Of a DNA stretch of 64,000 bases, positions 1 to 9,895 are shown piece after piece. Positions within the stretch are counted from its first letter, which is position 1. Every line of letters starts with the position of its first letter. Below the pieces are notes generated by a model, which saw only the letters and a program-made list of their open reading frames with translations, was not told where the DNA came from and did no database searches. The stretch is from Candidatus Cloacimonadota bacterium (lineage in GTDB: Bacteria > Cloacimonadota > Cloacimonadia > JGIOTU-2): assembly GCA_049903315.1 (NCBI GenBank), contig JBNGBT010000003.1, forward strand, positions 128,001 to 192,000. The letters run 5' to 3'. A program made the position numbers and the translations under genes.

Positions 1-48
1 TCTGCGTTCTATTCGCAGTTGTTCTTATCTGAAGGATAATTTGAGGAA

Positions 49-507
49 TTACTCCAACCCGAGCAAGTACGCTATCTTATCCCAGGCTGCTTGACGTTTT
101 TCTTCATAGCGGGTAAGATAACTTTCTTCACCTGTTTCTATATAATCTATTGCTGCATCACCTTCATCAATAAGAATATCGAACGCATCGATTATTTCGG
201 TCACAAAGGTAATATCTTCACTGTTCATGATATTAGAATCGAGCAGTACATCGAGCTGGTATGATACTGCTTCGCACATACCCACGTATTCCAGGATCAT
301 ATCTACAGTTTCAGTGTCTGTGTAAGCTTCAAAGTACCACGCATCGAGCGTTGAACCTATAGAGCTATAGGTAAGATACAAACCTTGAGCCGCTAACGCC
401 CCAACGGACTCTAGTAATACCTGTGTGTCGTCATCATACGCGCTGAGCGAGGACGAAAAGGAAACAAGCAGTAGAACTGCTAATAAAGTGGTAAGAATTT
501 TTTTCAT
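49..507 (-). CDS. Secreted acidic helical hypothetical protein
   Basis: 152 aa ORF with N-terminal signal peptide (MKKILTTLLAVLLLVSFSSSLSA), GGGAG RBS upstream, and a TTGACA box at 613-618 (minus). Confidence 0.75.
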   Translation of the reverse strand: MKKILTTLLAVLLLVSFSSSLSAYDDDTQVLLESVGALAAQGLYLTYSSIGSTLDAWYFEAYTDTETVDMILEYVGMCEAVSYQLDVLLDSNIMNSEDITFVTEIIDAFDILIDEGDAAIDYIETGEESYLTRYEEKRQAAWDKIAYLLGLE

Positions 508-918
508 GGCTTCTCCCGTGTTATAATTACTATTTAAGTATCATCATTGATGGAGTTATTTTTATGAACTCCCTGAGGATAATACGTTATTTTGGAATAA
601 TAGTTTTTTACGTGTCAATGAAATAAAGCCTCAATAATCGGGGAATTTTAATAAACTTGATCACATGTAATTATACGGGTAATATTTTTATTGACATGTA
701 AGTGCGGGTGAAATTGAAAAAATAGTGTAGGATCACTCAAAAAGAAAAATATAAGTGAGCACTCATAATCCAAGTCCATTATTCTACATAATTCACAGGT
801 CAATCCTATTTAGGCAAAATGAAAGAACAGTAAATGGGCGATCGGTAATCCAAATGATTACGAATTCGATAGTTTCAGGAATTCGTGATAATCATTTATT
901 ATAAGAAGAGGTCAAAAC

Positions 919-2439
919 ATGATACTTCATTACGAGTTTATAAAAAAGGCAAAGAAGCTTGGCAAAAAGGTCGCAATAAAAGACAGAACCCTGAATAAAG
1001 AAGTTACCTATGAGAAAGCGCTGATCGGGTCATTGATCCTGGCTAAAAAGTTCAACCAGTATGATGACGGTGACATCGGGGTGATGATCCCGACTTCAGC
1101 AGGTTGCGCTCTTACAGTTATCGGTATTCTCATGGCAGGGAAAGTACCAGTCATGATCAACTATTCCACAGGTGCTGCACACAATTGCAAATATGCACAA
1201 AAAAAATGCGGTTTCAAGACGATCATTACTTCACGAGCGCTTCTCGACAAAATCAAATGCCCTATGGTTCCAGGCATGGTCTGCCTTGAAGACATTATGA
1301 AAGGGATTACGCTCAAAGAAAAACTTGGTTCTGCCCTCAGGTCAAAACTCCCTGCATCAGCCATCATTGCCCGGCTACCAAGGAAGTTGCCGGATGACAA
1401 TATCGTGATCCTCTTTACAAGCGGCAGTGAAAAAGACCCAAAAGCCGTACAGCTGACACATAAAAATCTTGGGGCTAATATCAAAGCTCTGCGAGAAGTT
1501 TTTTCTCTGACCGAAGAAGATGTTTTTATGTCAATCCTTCCTCTTTTTCATGTCTTTGGCTTCAATGCAAATCTCTGGATGCCTTTAATGGTCGGCTGTA
1601 AGTCTGTAACATATGCGAATCCATTGGACTACAAGAAAATTCCTGCTATGATAAAAGAAGAGCAAGCAACGCTCATCGCAGCAACTCCAATCTTTTTTGC
1701 GGGATATTTAAAGGAGTCAAAACCGGGTGATTTTTTTTCACTTCGGATAGTGCTTCCGGGTGCGGATAAGACACCGGACTGGCTGCGGCAGGAATACCGA
1801 AATAAACACAATATTGAACTATACGAAGCTTATGGAACTACCGAAACAAGTCCGGGCATCTCTGCTAATACACCTGATGAAAACCGTCCCGGCAGTATCG
1901 GTAAACCTCTTCCCGGTGTTCAGGTAAGGATCGTGGATCTGAATACAGGAAAAATCCTGCCCTTTGGAAAAGAGGGGAAAATCCTGGTCAAAGGGGATAT
2001 GGTTATGAAGGGATATCTCAACGATATAGAAGAAACATCCCTGCGCATTGAAGATGGGTGGTACGATACCGGTGATATGGGTATGATGGACGAAGACAGA
2101 TACCTGTGGCATATGGGTCGGCTCCGACGCTTTGTGAAGATCGGTGGCGAGATGATCTCCCTGGTCCGGACGGAAAAAGTAATGGAAACACTTCTTCCAG
2201 AAGGCGTGGACTGCTGTGTGGTAGATGTGCCCGATTCCAGAAAAGGTGCAAGGATCATTGCTGCTGTCACAGAGAAGGTCGGGGAGAGAGCACTCATTCG
2301 TGAAATGGGTAAAAAGCTCCCCAAAATTGCGATACCTAAAACATTTGTAGTAATACCGGAACTGCCCAAAATGGGAACAGGTAAGATCAACTTCAGGGCT
2401 ATCACAGAAATGGTGAGAAGTTACGAAATAGAAAAATAA
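919..2439 (+). CDS. AMP-binding acyl-ACP/acyl-CoA synthetase (stand-alone Aas C-terminal-like adenylation enzyme)
   Basis: Adenylation motifs LFTSGSEKDPK, EAYGTTE, WYDTGD, GRLRRFVKIGGEMI and A10 PKMGTGK; AAGAGG RBS. Confidence 0.9.
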   Translation: MILHYEFIKKAKKLGKKVAIKDRTLNKEVTYEKALIGSLILAKKFNQYDDGDIGVMIPTSAGCALTVIGILMAGKVPVMINYSTGAAHNCKYAQKKCGFKTIITSRALLDKIKCPMVPGMVCLEDIMKGITLKEKLGSALRSKLPASAIIARLPRKLPDDNIVILFTSGSEKDPKAVQLTHKNLGANIKALREVFSLTEEDVFMSILPLFHVFGFNANLWMPLMVGCKSVTYANPLDYKKIPAMIKEEQATLIAATPIFFAGYLKESKPGDFFSLRIVLPGADKTPDWLRQEYRNKHNIELYEAYGTTETSPGISANTPDENRPGSIGKPLPGVQVRIVDLNTGKILPFGKEGKILVKGDMVMKGYLNDIEETSLRIEDGWYDTGDMGMMDEDRYLWHMGRLRRFVKIGGEMISLVRTEKVMETLLPEGVDCCVVDVPDSRKGARIIAAVTEKVGERALIREMGKKLPKIAIPKTFVVIPELPKMGTGKINFRAITEMVRSYEIEK

Positions 2440-2516
2440 AAAATATAAAATTACAAATTAAAAATGGAAGATTCGATTGGCTTATCACCAGCTCATCTTA
2501 ACAATCCATCGCACTA

Positions 2517-2546
2517 AAGGAGCACGACCAACGTCATGCTCCCTTG
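2517..2546 (-). terminator. Intrinsic terminator between convergent genes
   Basis: Minus-strand hairpin GGAGCATGAC-GTTG-GTCGTGCTCC (one G-U pair) followed by TTT, just after the stop at 2572. Confidence 0.65.
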
Positions 2547-2571
2547 AATAGTTATTTATTTTACAGGTTTC

Positions 2572-5253
2572 TTATTTGGGTTCGTTAACAACCTTCTCCG
2601 CATAGAAGCTGTCTTCAACCTTCTTCATGGTGAATCCCCGTGATCTGAACATGTGCAGCATGATATGATTATCTGCAAGGATGTTTGCATATATTTTCTG
2701 AATTCCTCTAGACTTTGCCAAATCAATAATATAATCGGTGAACTTATTACCAAGTCCCATATTTTGCCATGGGTCGGCAATGACAATAGCAAACTCAGCC
2801 GTTTCGTTGTATTGATCAGCGATCAGTCTCACAACGCCTGCCATCTTCTTCTTGCCGTTTTCTGTAACTTCAGCGATGATAGCTATTTCTCGGTCATAAT
2901 CAATCTGAGTATATCTTACAAGTTGATCATGAGAGATATCTTTAATAAGCTGGAAGAATCTGAACCGCTGTGTTCTCTCTGAAAAATTGGAAAACATCTC
3001 TTTTTCCAGAAACTCATCTTCGGGCTTGATAGGTCGGAGAACTGCCTTCTCCCCATTTTTCATGGTGAACTCTGTAATATATTCCGAAGGATAAGGAGAT
3101 ATCACCAGGTGCTTGTTGGGATATTCTTCTGTGACCTTGATGGAATCATCCAATATAACTTTGGCATCGAGGACAACACCTCCGCGTTCATCCACTCCAA
3201 AGGGATTAATATCTACTTCTTTGATCTGAGGGAAATCCATGAGCATGTAGGCAAATTTATAGAGAAGGAATTGGATGGAGGTTATGTCCGCTCCTGGCAT
3301 TCCTCTGTAGCCTTTGATCAGTTTATAAATCTTCGTGTCTTCTATGATCCTCATAGCAAGTGCCATGTTGAGTGGTGGCAAACCAATGGTCGTATCTTTA
3401 AATACTTCAACTGCTACACCACCCATACCAAAGACAATGGTTGGACCGAAGATCGGATCTTTCTTGCAGCCGATGAGCAACTCATATTTTCTCTTGAGCA
3501 TCTGCTCGACGAAGACCCCTCGAATATCAGCATCGGGAACCTTTTCTTTCGATGATTTTAATATTTTATTATATGCTTTACGCGCTTCTTCTTTATTTAC
3601 AATATTGAGTATCACTCCACCGACATCGGTTTTGTGCAGAATATCCGGGGACGCAATTTTCATAACAAGTGGATACCCGATCTTCTCAGCTAATTTGATT
3701 GCTTCTTCTTCTGTGTGTGCAAGCCCATTCTTTATTACGGGAATGTAATAATAATCCAGTAGCTGCTTTGCTTCAAACTCAGTCATCACAGTTCGATGAT
3801 CTGCAAGCACCTGTTCGATCAGTTTTTTGCTTTCTGCTCTTCTCGGCTTGAACTCATGAGGTATTTGTGAAGGTGTTTCATGCAGTATATCCAGATTCCG
3901 GGAATAGTTATACATATACATAAAGCATTTTACTGCGTCTTCCGGTGTCTGATAAACTGGGACTTGATTGTTTTCCAGGATTTGCCGTCCTTTTTCAATA
4001 TCATCAGCGCCCATCCAGGATGCCAGAACGGTTTTTCGACATTTTTTTGCTATTGCTGCAACTTTCATTGCAACGCCTGTCGGATCTGTCATTTCCTGTG
4101 GAGTAAGAATTACCAAGACTCCATCGACATTTTTGTCATTTGAGCATAGCTCGACAGCTTTTTCATATTGCTCGGGTCCTGCATCTCCAAGAACGTCAAC
4201 CGGGTTTCCCTTGCTCCAATTTGGTGAGAGGTGCTGGTTGAGTTCATTTATGGTATCATCAGATAGTTGAGCGATCTTACCGCCTTTTTCAATGAGAGTA
4301 TCTGTCGCGATAACGCCGGGACCGCCTGCATTCGTTATAATTGCGAGTCTATTACCGGCAGGTTTGTTCTGCGTGGCTAAGGATTGTGCTATATGGAATA
4401 ATTCATCAATTGTATTGACCCTGACGACGCCTGCTCTTTTGAATGCGGCATCAAACACAAAATCATTTCCTGCAAGACTTCCGGTGTGTGACATTGCTGC
4501 CTGCGCACCCTCAGAGCTTTTCCCTGCCTTGAGGACAATGATCGGTTTGTTACGTGCAAATGCTCTTGCTGCACTCATAAAACTTCGGGCATCTGTGAGC
4601 GACTCCATATAAATGACAATACTTGTCGTGAGCGGATCGCTGCCGAAGTAGTCTATCAGGTCATGAAAACTTACATCGATCATCGAGCCGATAGAAACGA
4701 AATGGCTGAATCCGACATTCTGATTTACAGACCAGTCCAGAATTGCAGTACAAAGTGCACCACTCTGTGAAATGAATGCAATTTTGCCCGGCAAAGCCAT
4801 CTTATTTGCAAAGCTCGCATTGAGATGGATCGAGGGTTTGATAAAACCAAGACAGTTCGGACCGATCAATCTCATGCCGTATTTTCTTAAACATTCAGTA
4901 ATTTGTTTTGTGAGTACTTTACCTTGTTTGCCTATTTCTGTGAAACCTGCGGAGATCAGAACGATGCCGGAAACTCCTGCTTGCCCGCATGCTTCGACGA
5001 TTGCCGGAACTGTTTTTGCGGGAGTTGCAATAATGGCAAGATCAACCTTGTCCGGAACCTCATCTATGCTTGCGTATGCCTTTACCCCAATAACGTTCGT
5101 ACGCTTTGGATTTATTGGATACACGATGCCGTCAAATCCTGATCCGATAATGTTGTTCATCAGAGAATATCCAACAGTATGCTCACGGGCAGTTGCCCCG
5201 ATCACAGCGATTACTTTTGGATTAAAAAGTTTGTCTAATTTCTTTGTAATCAT
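2572..5253 (-). CDS. NDP-forming acetate-CoA ligase-like domains + ATP-grasp + C-terminal GNAT (Pat/PatZ-type protein lysine acetyltransferase)
   Basis: CoA-binding N-terminus, GPNCLG, SQSGA, SHTGSLAG, NPVDVLGDA, HKTDVGGV, C-terminal GNAT (AEFAIVIADPWQNMGLG). Start moved to MITKKL at 5253 (AAAAGGAA RBS, avoids overlap). Confidence 0.9.
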   Translation of the reverse strand: MITKKLDKLFNPKVIAVIGATAREHTVGYSLMNNIIGSGFDGIVYPINPKRTNVIGVKAYASIDEVPDKVDLAIIATPAKTVPAIVEACGQAGVSGIVLISAGFTEIGKQGKVLTKQITECLRKYGMRLIGPNCLGFIKPSIHLNASFANKMALPGKIAFISQSGALCTAILDWSVNQNVGFSHFVSIGSMIDVSFHDLIDYFGSDPLTTSIVIYMESLTDARSFMSAARAFARNKPIIVLKAGKSSEGAQAAMSHTGSLAGNDFVFDAAFKRAGVVRVNTIDELFHIAQSLATQNKPAGNRLAIITNAGGPGVIATDTLIEKGGKIAQLSDDTINELNQHLSPNWSKGNPVDVLGDAGPEQYEKAVELCSNDKNVDGVLVILTPQEMTDPTGVAMKVAAIAKKCRKTVLASWMGADDIEKGRQILENNQVPVYQTPEDAVKCFMYMYNYSRNLDILHETPSQIPHEFKPRRAESKKLIEQVLADHRTVMTEFEAKQLLDYYYIPVIKNGLAHTEEEAIKLAEKIGYPLVMKIASPDILHKTDVGGVILNIVNKEEARKAYNKILKSSKEKVPDADIRGVFVEQMLKRKYELLIGCKKDPIFGPTIVFGMGGVAVEVFKDTTIGLPPLNMALAMRIIEDTKIYKLIKGYRGMPGADITSIQFLLYKFAYMLMDFPQIKEVDINPFGVDERGGVVLDAKVILDDSIKVTEEYPNKHLVISPYPSEYITEFTMKNGEKAVLRPIKPEDEFLEKEMFSNFSERTQRFRFFQLIKDISHDQLVRYTQIDYDREIAIIAEVTENGKKKMAGVVRLIADQYNETAEFAIVIADPWQNMGLGNKFTDYIIDLAKSRGIQKIYANILADNHIMLHMFRSRGFTMKKVEDSFYAEKVVNEPK

Positions 5254-5267
5254 AACTATTTTCCTTT

Positions 5268-6227
5268 TTATATAGATTTCCAATATTTTGCAAGCGCCTG
5301 CAGCGCCAATGCTTTCCTGCCCTCATACTCATAGTAGGTTTGTATGGTTGAGTCGGTTTCCCGCTCCTGGAATCTCATCTCATCATGGTTTATGCCATCG
5401 AGAAAACTGAACAGGCATTTGGGGAACATCTCAATATTATAACCGCCCTCAAGCGTGGCAAATACATTCTCGAAGTTATCAGTAAGCAATCTGCCGATTT
5501 TATAATATGAATTCAATGAAAAGCGGAGGTCGAGAAGGAGGTCATACTGATGTGAGTCAAATCCTGCTGAGACAGCAACGATTTCGGGATTGAATTCTTT
5601 TGCAATCGGAAGGAAGCTCTCGACTGCGTCCATAAAAATTTCATCTCCACTACCTGGAGGAAGGGGAACATTTATTGTGTATCCTTCACCTTTCCCAACT
5701 CCGATTTCATGCGCATCTCCGCCGCCCGGAAATGCAGGATACTGATGAAGCGACCAATACATTACCTGGTCTGAAGTATTGAAGAATTTCACTGTGCCAT
5801 CTCCAAGGTGTCCATCAAAGTCAAAGATGAGTACTCGCTTGCTGTTGTTTGCATGATATTGAGCAGCAATTGCAATATTATTAAACAGGCAGAATCCGCT
5901 TGATCTGTCTATGTGCGCATGGTGACCCGGAGGGCGTGTTAAGGCAAAATCTCCTGTTTGGGATGCCATGATCGTCGCTCCCACTGCATATATGGCAGCT
6001 TTATAACTGCCCGGTGATACGATCGTGTCATTATCAATATGACCCCCGACCATGCATGCTTTTTTGATGCGCTGAATATATTGGTGAGTATGCACAAGCG
6101 TAAGATATTTCTCGCCATTCTCAACCTCTGTGATAGGCAGGTTGCCAAGCGAGGTGAGCCTTTTTTTATTTTCCGGATGCATACCCGTATCATGCTCCAA
6201 AAATACAGGATTATAGATTAATTGCAT
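5268..6227 (-). CDS. Zn-dependent histone deacetylase family (AcuC-like) lysine deacetylase
   Basis: HPEN, RPPGHHA, GFCLFNN, DFDGHLGDGT, SLHQ, SAGFD and LEGGY motifs; alternative start 6242. Confidence 0.93.
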   Translation of the reverse strand: MQLIYNPVFLEHDTGMHPENKKRLTSLGNLPITEVENGEKYLTLVHTHQYIQRIKKACMVGGHIDNDTIVSPGSYKAAIYAVGATIMASQTGDFALTRPPGHHAHIDRSSGFCLFNNIAIAAQYHANNSKRVLIFDFDGHLGDGTVKFFNTSDQVMYWSLHQYPAFPGGGDAHEIGVGKGEGYTINVPLPPGSGDEIFMDAVESFLPIAKEFNPEIVAVSAGFDSHQYDLLLDLRFSLNSYYKIGRLLTDNFENVFATLEGGYNIEMFPKCLFSFLDGINHDEMRFQERETDSTIQTYYEYEGRKALALQALAKYWKSI

Positions 6228-6465
6228 TTTGTAGCCTTTCATAAAGTTAAATAAATATGTATTTTAAGAATTTTTTTATAATATATCGACTTTAATGTGC
6301 TTCTTTGATACCCGGCAAAAGCTGTCAAGTAGAAAGCGAAATATTGTTTCAGATTGTGAACCCGAACCCGGATCTTTTCATTAGTGAAAAAAGTAAAGTA
6401 TACGAAGTTATATTTCAGGAAAAAATAACTTTCATTTCTAAAGAACTGTGGAGTGCCGGATAATT

Positions 6466-9400
6466 TTATTTGAACAATAACATCTTTTTAACTTTTGAGT
6501 AAGAGCCTGTGTCAATTTTATATAAATACACACCTGAAGGCATGTTTTTTGCATTCCAGGTGACTGAATAATTACCCTGTTCTTTTTCTTCATTCACAAG
6601 TGTTTGTACCAGCCGACCGGTTATATCAAATATTCTCAATGATATTTTAGCTTGTTGAGGTAACGTATAATGTATTGTTGTTATAGGATTGAAGGGATTG
6701 GGATAATTCTGGCTGAGCACGGAGAGATGTGGTTCATTAAATTGGTTGCCACCTGGTATACTATAACCTCCCTGAATCCCTTTGATATTGCTCCAATCAC
6801 TTTCCAGGCCAGTGCCATCGGATGCTATTACTCGATAATAGCTGTCATACTGGGATAATTCGTTAATATGAAAAGTAGTATCCTGGATTTCGCTGACGAT
6901 ATTTTGTTCCTCAAACCAGTGAGCAGGATAGATATCATCCACATAAAATCCGGAGCCGCTTATAACGAAATCGCTTTTATATCTGAACCGGATATAAACA
7001 GACTGACCTTCATATGCACTTAAGTTAATGGTTGTATGTGTCCAGGAATCGCTGATACCAGTATAGGTTTTCAAAACCGTATATTCTTCACCGTCTTCAG
7101 AAATTTCCACATATACATAGTCCCAATCTGGTTCCATAATGTGCCTTTTCCAAAAGCTGAGATCTTCATTTTCTTCAATTAAGATTGGGGCAATTGTCGT
7201 AATAGAAGTGATGAGGTCCGGACCTCCTCCTGAATTAAAGCAGTAGAGACTATTTGGTCCACCAGTAACAACCGAGAATCCTTTATTATCCCAATTCTCC
7301 AGATCAACACACTCTTCGGTGACTTTTAAAGGATTTCTCATCTCCTTGAGCGTATAAGATACTGATCCTCCACCGTAGTCCGAAGAAGGCGACCAGAATA
7401 TATCATAGCTGCCATCATTACATTGGATGTCATAAAGTTCAGGTTTCGTAGGTGGAATGTTTGCAACTGTTTGAGTTCGGAAATATAATCGGGTTTCTTG
7501 GGCATCTTGTGTGTCGAATCGTGTAAGATACCTGCAATCAGCATCCGGTTCAAATGGCAGCTCAAACGGAGGATTATAATCAACGATATCAATTAACTCT
7601 TGCACATTTCCACCTCCCAGCATTTTATAAAGACTCATGCCGACTGTCGGAGAATCAGTTTGACCCGAAATTGTGATGTTTGGTGAGTAATCCGAAGAGA
7701 AGAAATAGGTCGGTTCAGCAAATCCATAACCCTGCTGCGGGGGAGTTGGTGAAATATCCATGCTTACCTTTTCGTATGAATTCGAAGGTATTTGCGGAGG
7801 CATTGAAAAAGCCGGATCACCCAGAAAAACGTATTCATAGATCGTCAGATGATCTACTTCATTGTCTTCATCCAGATAAAGTACGTAATCCTCAATTGCT
7901 TTCTTTGAGATTTCCCCAAAACTCAAATATCCTTCAGAATATGCTTGTGCACAATTTATCAGAATTCCTGCTAGATAGGTAGAGCCGGCGATTATCATTT
8001 CTCCATCTTCATCAAACATATAATCATATCCGACAAATGCAGGTCTTACAGAACCCCAGAACACAATTGAGCCGGCATCCGAAAACAGGCATTTTTCCCC
8101 AAAACCATCATATTGGTTCCCGAGCAATTCGTTGTCGAACCTTCCATTATGACATGCGATCATGAGCAATACAGGGGGGTTCGTCGTCGGGATCATATTT
8201 GAGATATCATTTGATGAGATCGATGAAGTTGTCATAATAAATGATGTTCCACTTCCATGACCGCTGCAGAAAAGAATTCCAGTGTTATTATCACAGAAAT
8301 GCGGCAACAAATGAGATCGATTTTCTTTCCCGTTTGTATGAAAATTCTTCTCTATATTCATCCCGTAAAATGATTCCTTATTTACTGCATCTACCATGCC
8401 GATCTCACCCATAAGGTAGCGAGATCCGAAAGTTGCTCCACCAAAAAGCTGCACATTATCAAACCAGTCTTCATCCAGATTATTTTTCCACATTTCATAC
8501 TTGTCGACGATCCATTCCGCTTCCACAGCATCAGTTGCTGGCAAGCGCCCGATTTCGTAATTCATTATTAAATCGTAATCTGGGGATGCATAAAAAATAT
8601 CAGATACGATCCAATTATTAGAAGCGGTGTGATAGGGAATATAGAAATAGTAACTCGGAGGTACGATAAGGGCATCTCCAAAGAGTGTAATGCTCTTTAA
8701 GTTCGGATGAGCACTTTCATGTCTCAGATATGCAATTATCTTTTTCGCTAGCTCATAATCGTACTCATCCGAAACAGGACTTCCGGTCATATTGGCATAC
8801 CCAGCTTGAACTGGTCCTTCTACTGGTAAATAATTGTTGTCAATCCATTGTGTGGTGATCACCTCAGACTGCACTTTTTCAAGAGTTTCATGCAGCGTCT
8901 CAAGTTCCTGTGCATGGCTTAGAAAAGCTGTGCTTGTGATGATTATATTTTCAGCATCAGTTCGAGTACTCAGCTTTTGCATTTTTACAGAATTTTCTAA
9001 GTTATAATTTACTTCAAAAGTGGCAGAGGTTATCAGGTTTGTTTGTTTATTCACTGGATTGTATTGCACTGGATAGAATTGGACATATGTTACAGTATTA
9101 TCAGCATCTTTTCCTGAGATATAGGATACAATCTTTCCGGGGAAGAGTTCATTTTTACTATAAATATTTTCGTCTTTGCTCAAATTAAACTCACATACCC
9201 CATTGTTAAAAAGAGCCAACGGCTTTGGTCGTGGAGCAAGATTGATCTCATTCTGTATTTCAATATACTCACCATCGATAAGTCTGATGCCTGTAACAAT
9301 AGCATTTTTGGGTAAAAGCAATTTTTGGGATGTGATATAAGTGGTGGGTGTCCCTTCTTTTCCGGTTTGTTTTAAATCTTGAATGTGAAGTATATCAAAG

Positions 9401-9606
9401 CCCTTTTCCTTGCGGTACATTTTTGCTTGTGATACATCAACCGTCATTGTGATTTTTGTTGAGAATTGACCTGTTGAAAACGAAGTTGTTTTATCTTCAA
9501 TTCCCATATTGTTAATGTTTTTTAATTCGCCAATGTGTAATTCATTTGCATAAGCAAGGAGTGTAACGAGAGTGATCAATATGAGTAGTACTACTACATA
9601 TTTCAT
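6466..9606 (-). CDS. Peptidase C25 (gingipain-like) with propeptide, beta-sandwich/FN3-like modules and C-terminal sorting domain
   Basis: Signal peptide at MKYVVVLL (GGAGG RBS); LFGD, SDIFYA, IGRLP; catalytic pair in SGHGS and IACHNG; FLGDPA; C-terminal QNYPNPFNP...SGVYLY...KKMLLFK. Confidence 0.85.
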   Translation of the reverse strand: MKYVVVLLILITLVTLLAYANELHIGELKNINNMGIEDKTTSFSTGQFSTKITMTVDVSQAKMYRKEKGFDILHIQDLKQTGKEGTPTTYITSQKLLLPKNAIVTGIRLIDGEYIEIQNEINLAPRPKPLALFNNGVCEFNLSKDENIYSKNELFPGKIVSYISGKDADNTVTYVQFYPVQYNPVNKQTNLITSATFEVNYNLENSVKMQKLSTRTDAENIIITSTAFLSHAQELETLHETLEKVQSEVITTQWIDNNYLPVEGPVQAGYANMTGSPVSDEYDYELAKKIIAYLRHESAHPNLKSITLFGDALIVPPSYYFYIPYHTASNNWIVSDIFYASPDYDLIMNYEIGRLPATDAVEAEWIVDKYEMWKNNLDEDWFDNVQLFGGATFGSRYLMGEIGMVDAVNKESFYGMNIEKNFHTNGKENRSHLLPHFCDNNTGILFCSGHGSGTSFIMTTSSISSNDISNMIPTTNPPVLLMIACHNGRFDNELLGNQYDGFGEKCLFSDAGSIVFWGSVRPAFVGYDYMFDEDGEMIIAGSTYLAGILINCAQAYSEGYLSFGEISKKAIEDYVLYLDEDNEVDHLTIYEYVFLGDPAFSMPPQIPSNSYEKVSMDISPTPPQQGYGFAEPTYFFSSDYSPNITISGQTDSPTVGMSLYKMLGGGNVQELIDIVDYNPPFELPFEPDADCRYLTRFDTQDAQETRLYFRTQTVANIPPTKPELYDIQCNDGSYDIFWSPSSDYGGGSVSYTLKEMRNPLKVTEECVDLENWDNKGFSVVTGGPNSLYCFNSGGGPDLITSITTIAPILIEENEDLSFWKRHIMEPDWDYVYVEISEDGEEYTVLKTYTGISDSWTHTTINLSAYEGQSVYIRFRYKSDFVISGSGFYVDDIYPAHWFEEQNIVSEIQDTTFHINELSQYDSYYRVIASDGTGLESDWSNIKGIQGGYSIPGGNQFNEPHLSVLSQNYPNPFNPITTIHYTLPQQAKISLRIFDITGRLVQTLVNEEKEQGNYSVTWNAKNMPSGVYLYKIDTGSYSKVKKMLLFK

Positions 9607-9895
9607 TTGAAGACCTCCGGATCTTATATTGATAGCAATTGGAATTAGTTTTACCAATGTATGGTTAGAACCTGCGTAAAATATAGTATGTGCCACCCCT
9701 GAAACGTTATATTTTACTGCTTCACAAAATTGCTTACTTTTTATATGCAGATTCAATTTTTCCTGTCAATAAAATCATACAGATACTTTTCGTTTCACCG
9801 TGTTTGTATAGTACAATCGTCAGATAAATCTTGCCAGAAAACTTTGGAATATCCTCCTTGAGCTCATATAAAAAATGTAGTAATGGTTTGATAAT

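Noticed and set aside
1..39. Possible 3' end of a plus-strand gene (SAFYSQLFLSEG*)
   Set aside because: Only 12 codons are visible; cannot be supported
9607..9756. 50-aa N-terminal extension of the C25 ORF from a TTG start
   Set aside because: The signal peptide and GGAGG RBS point to the ATG at 9606
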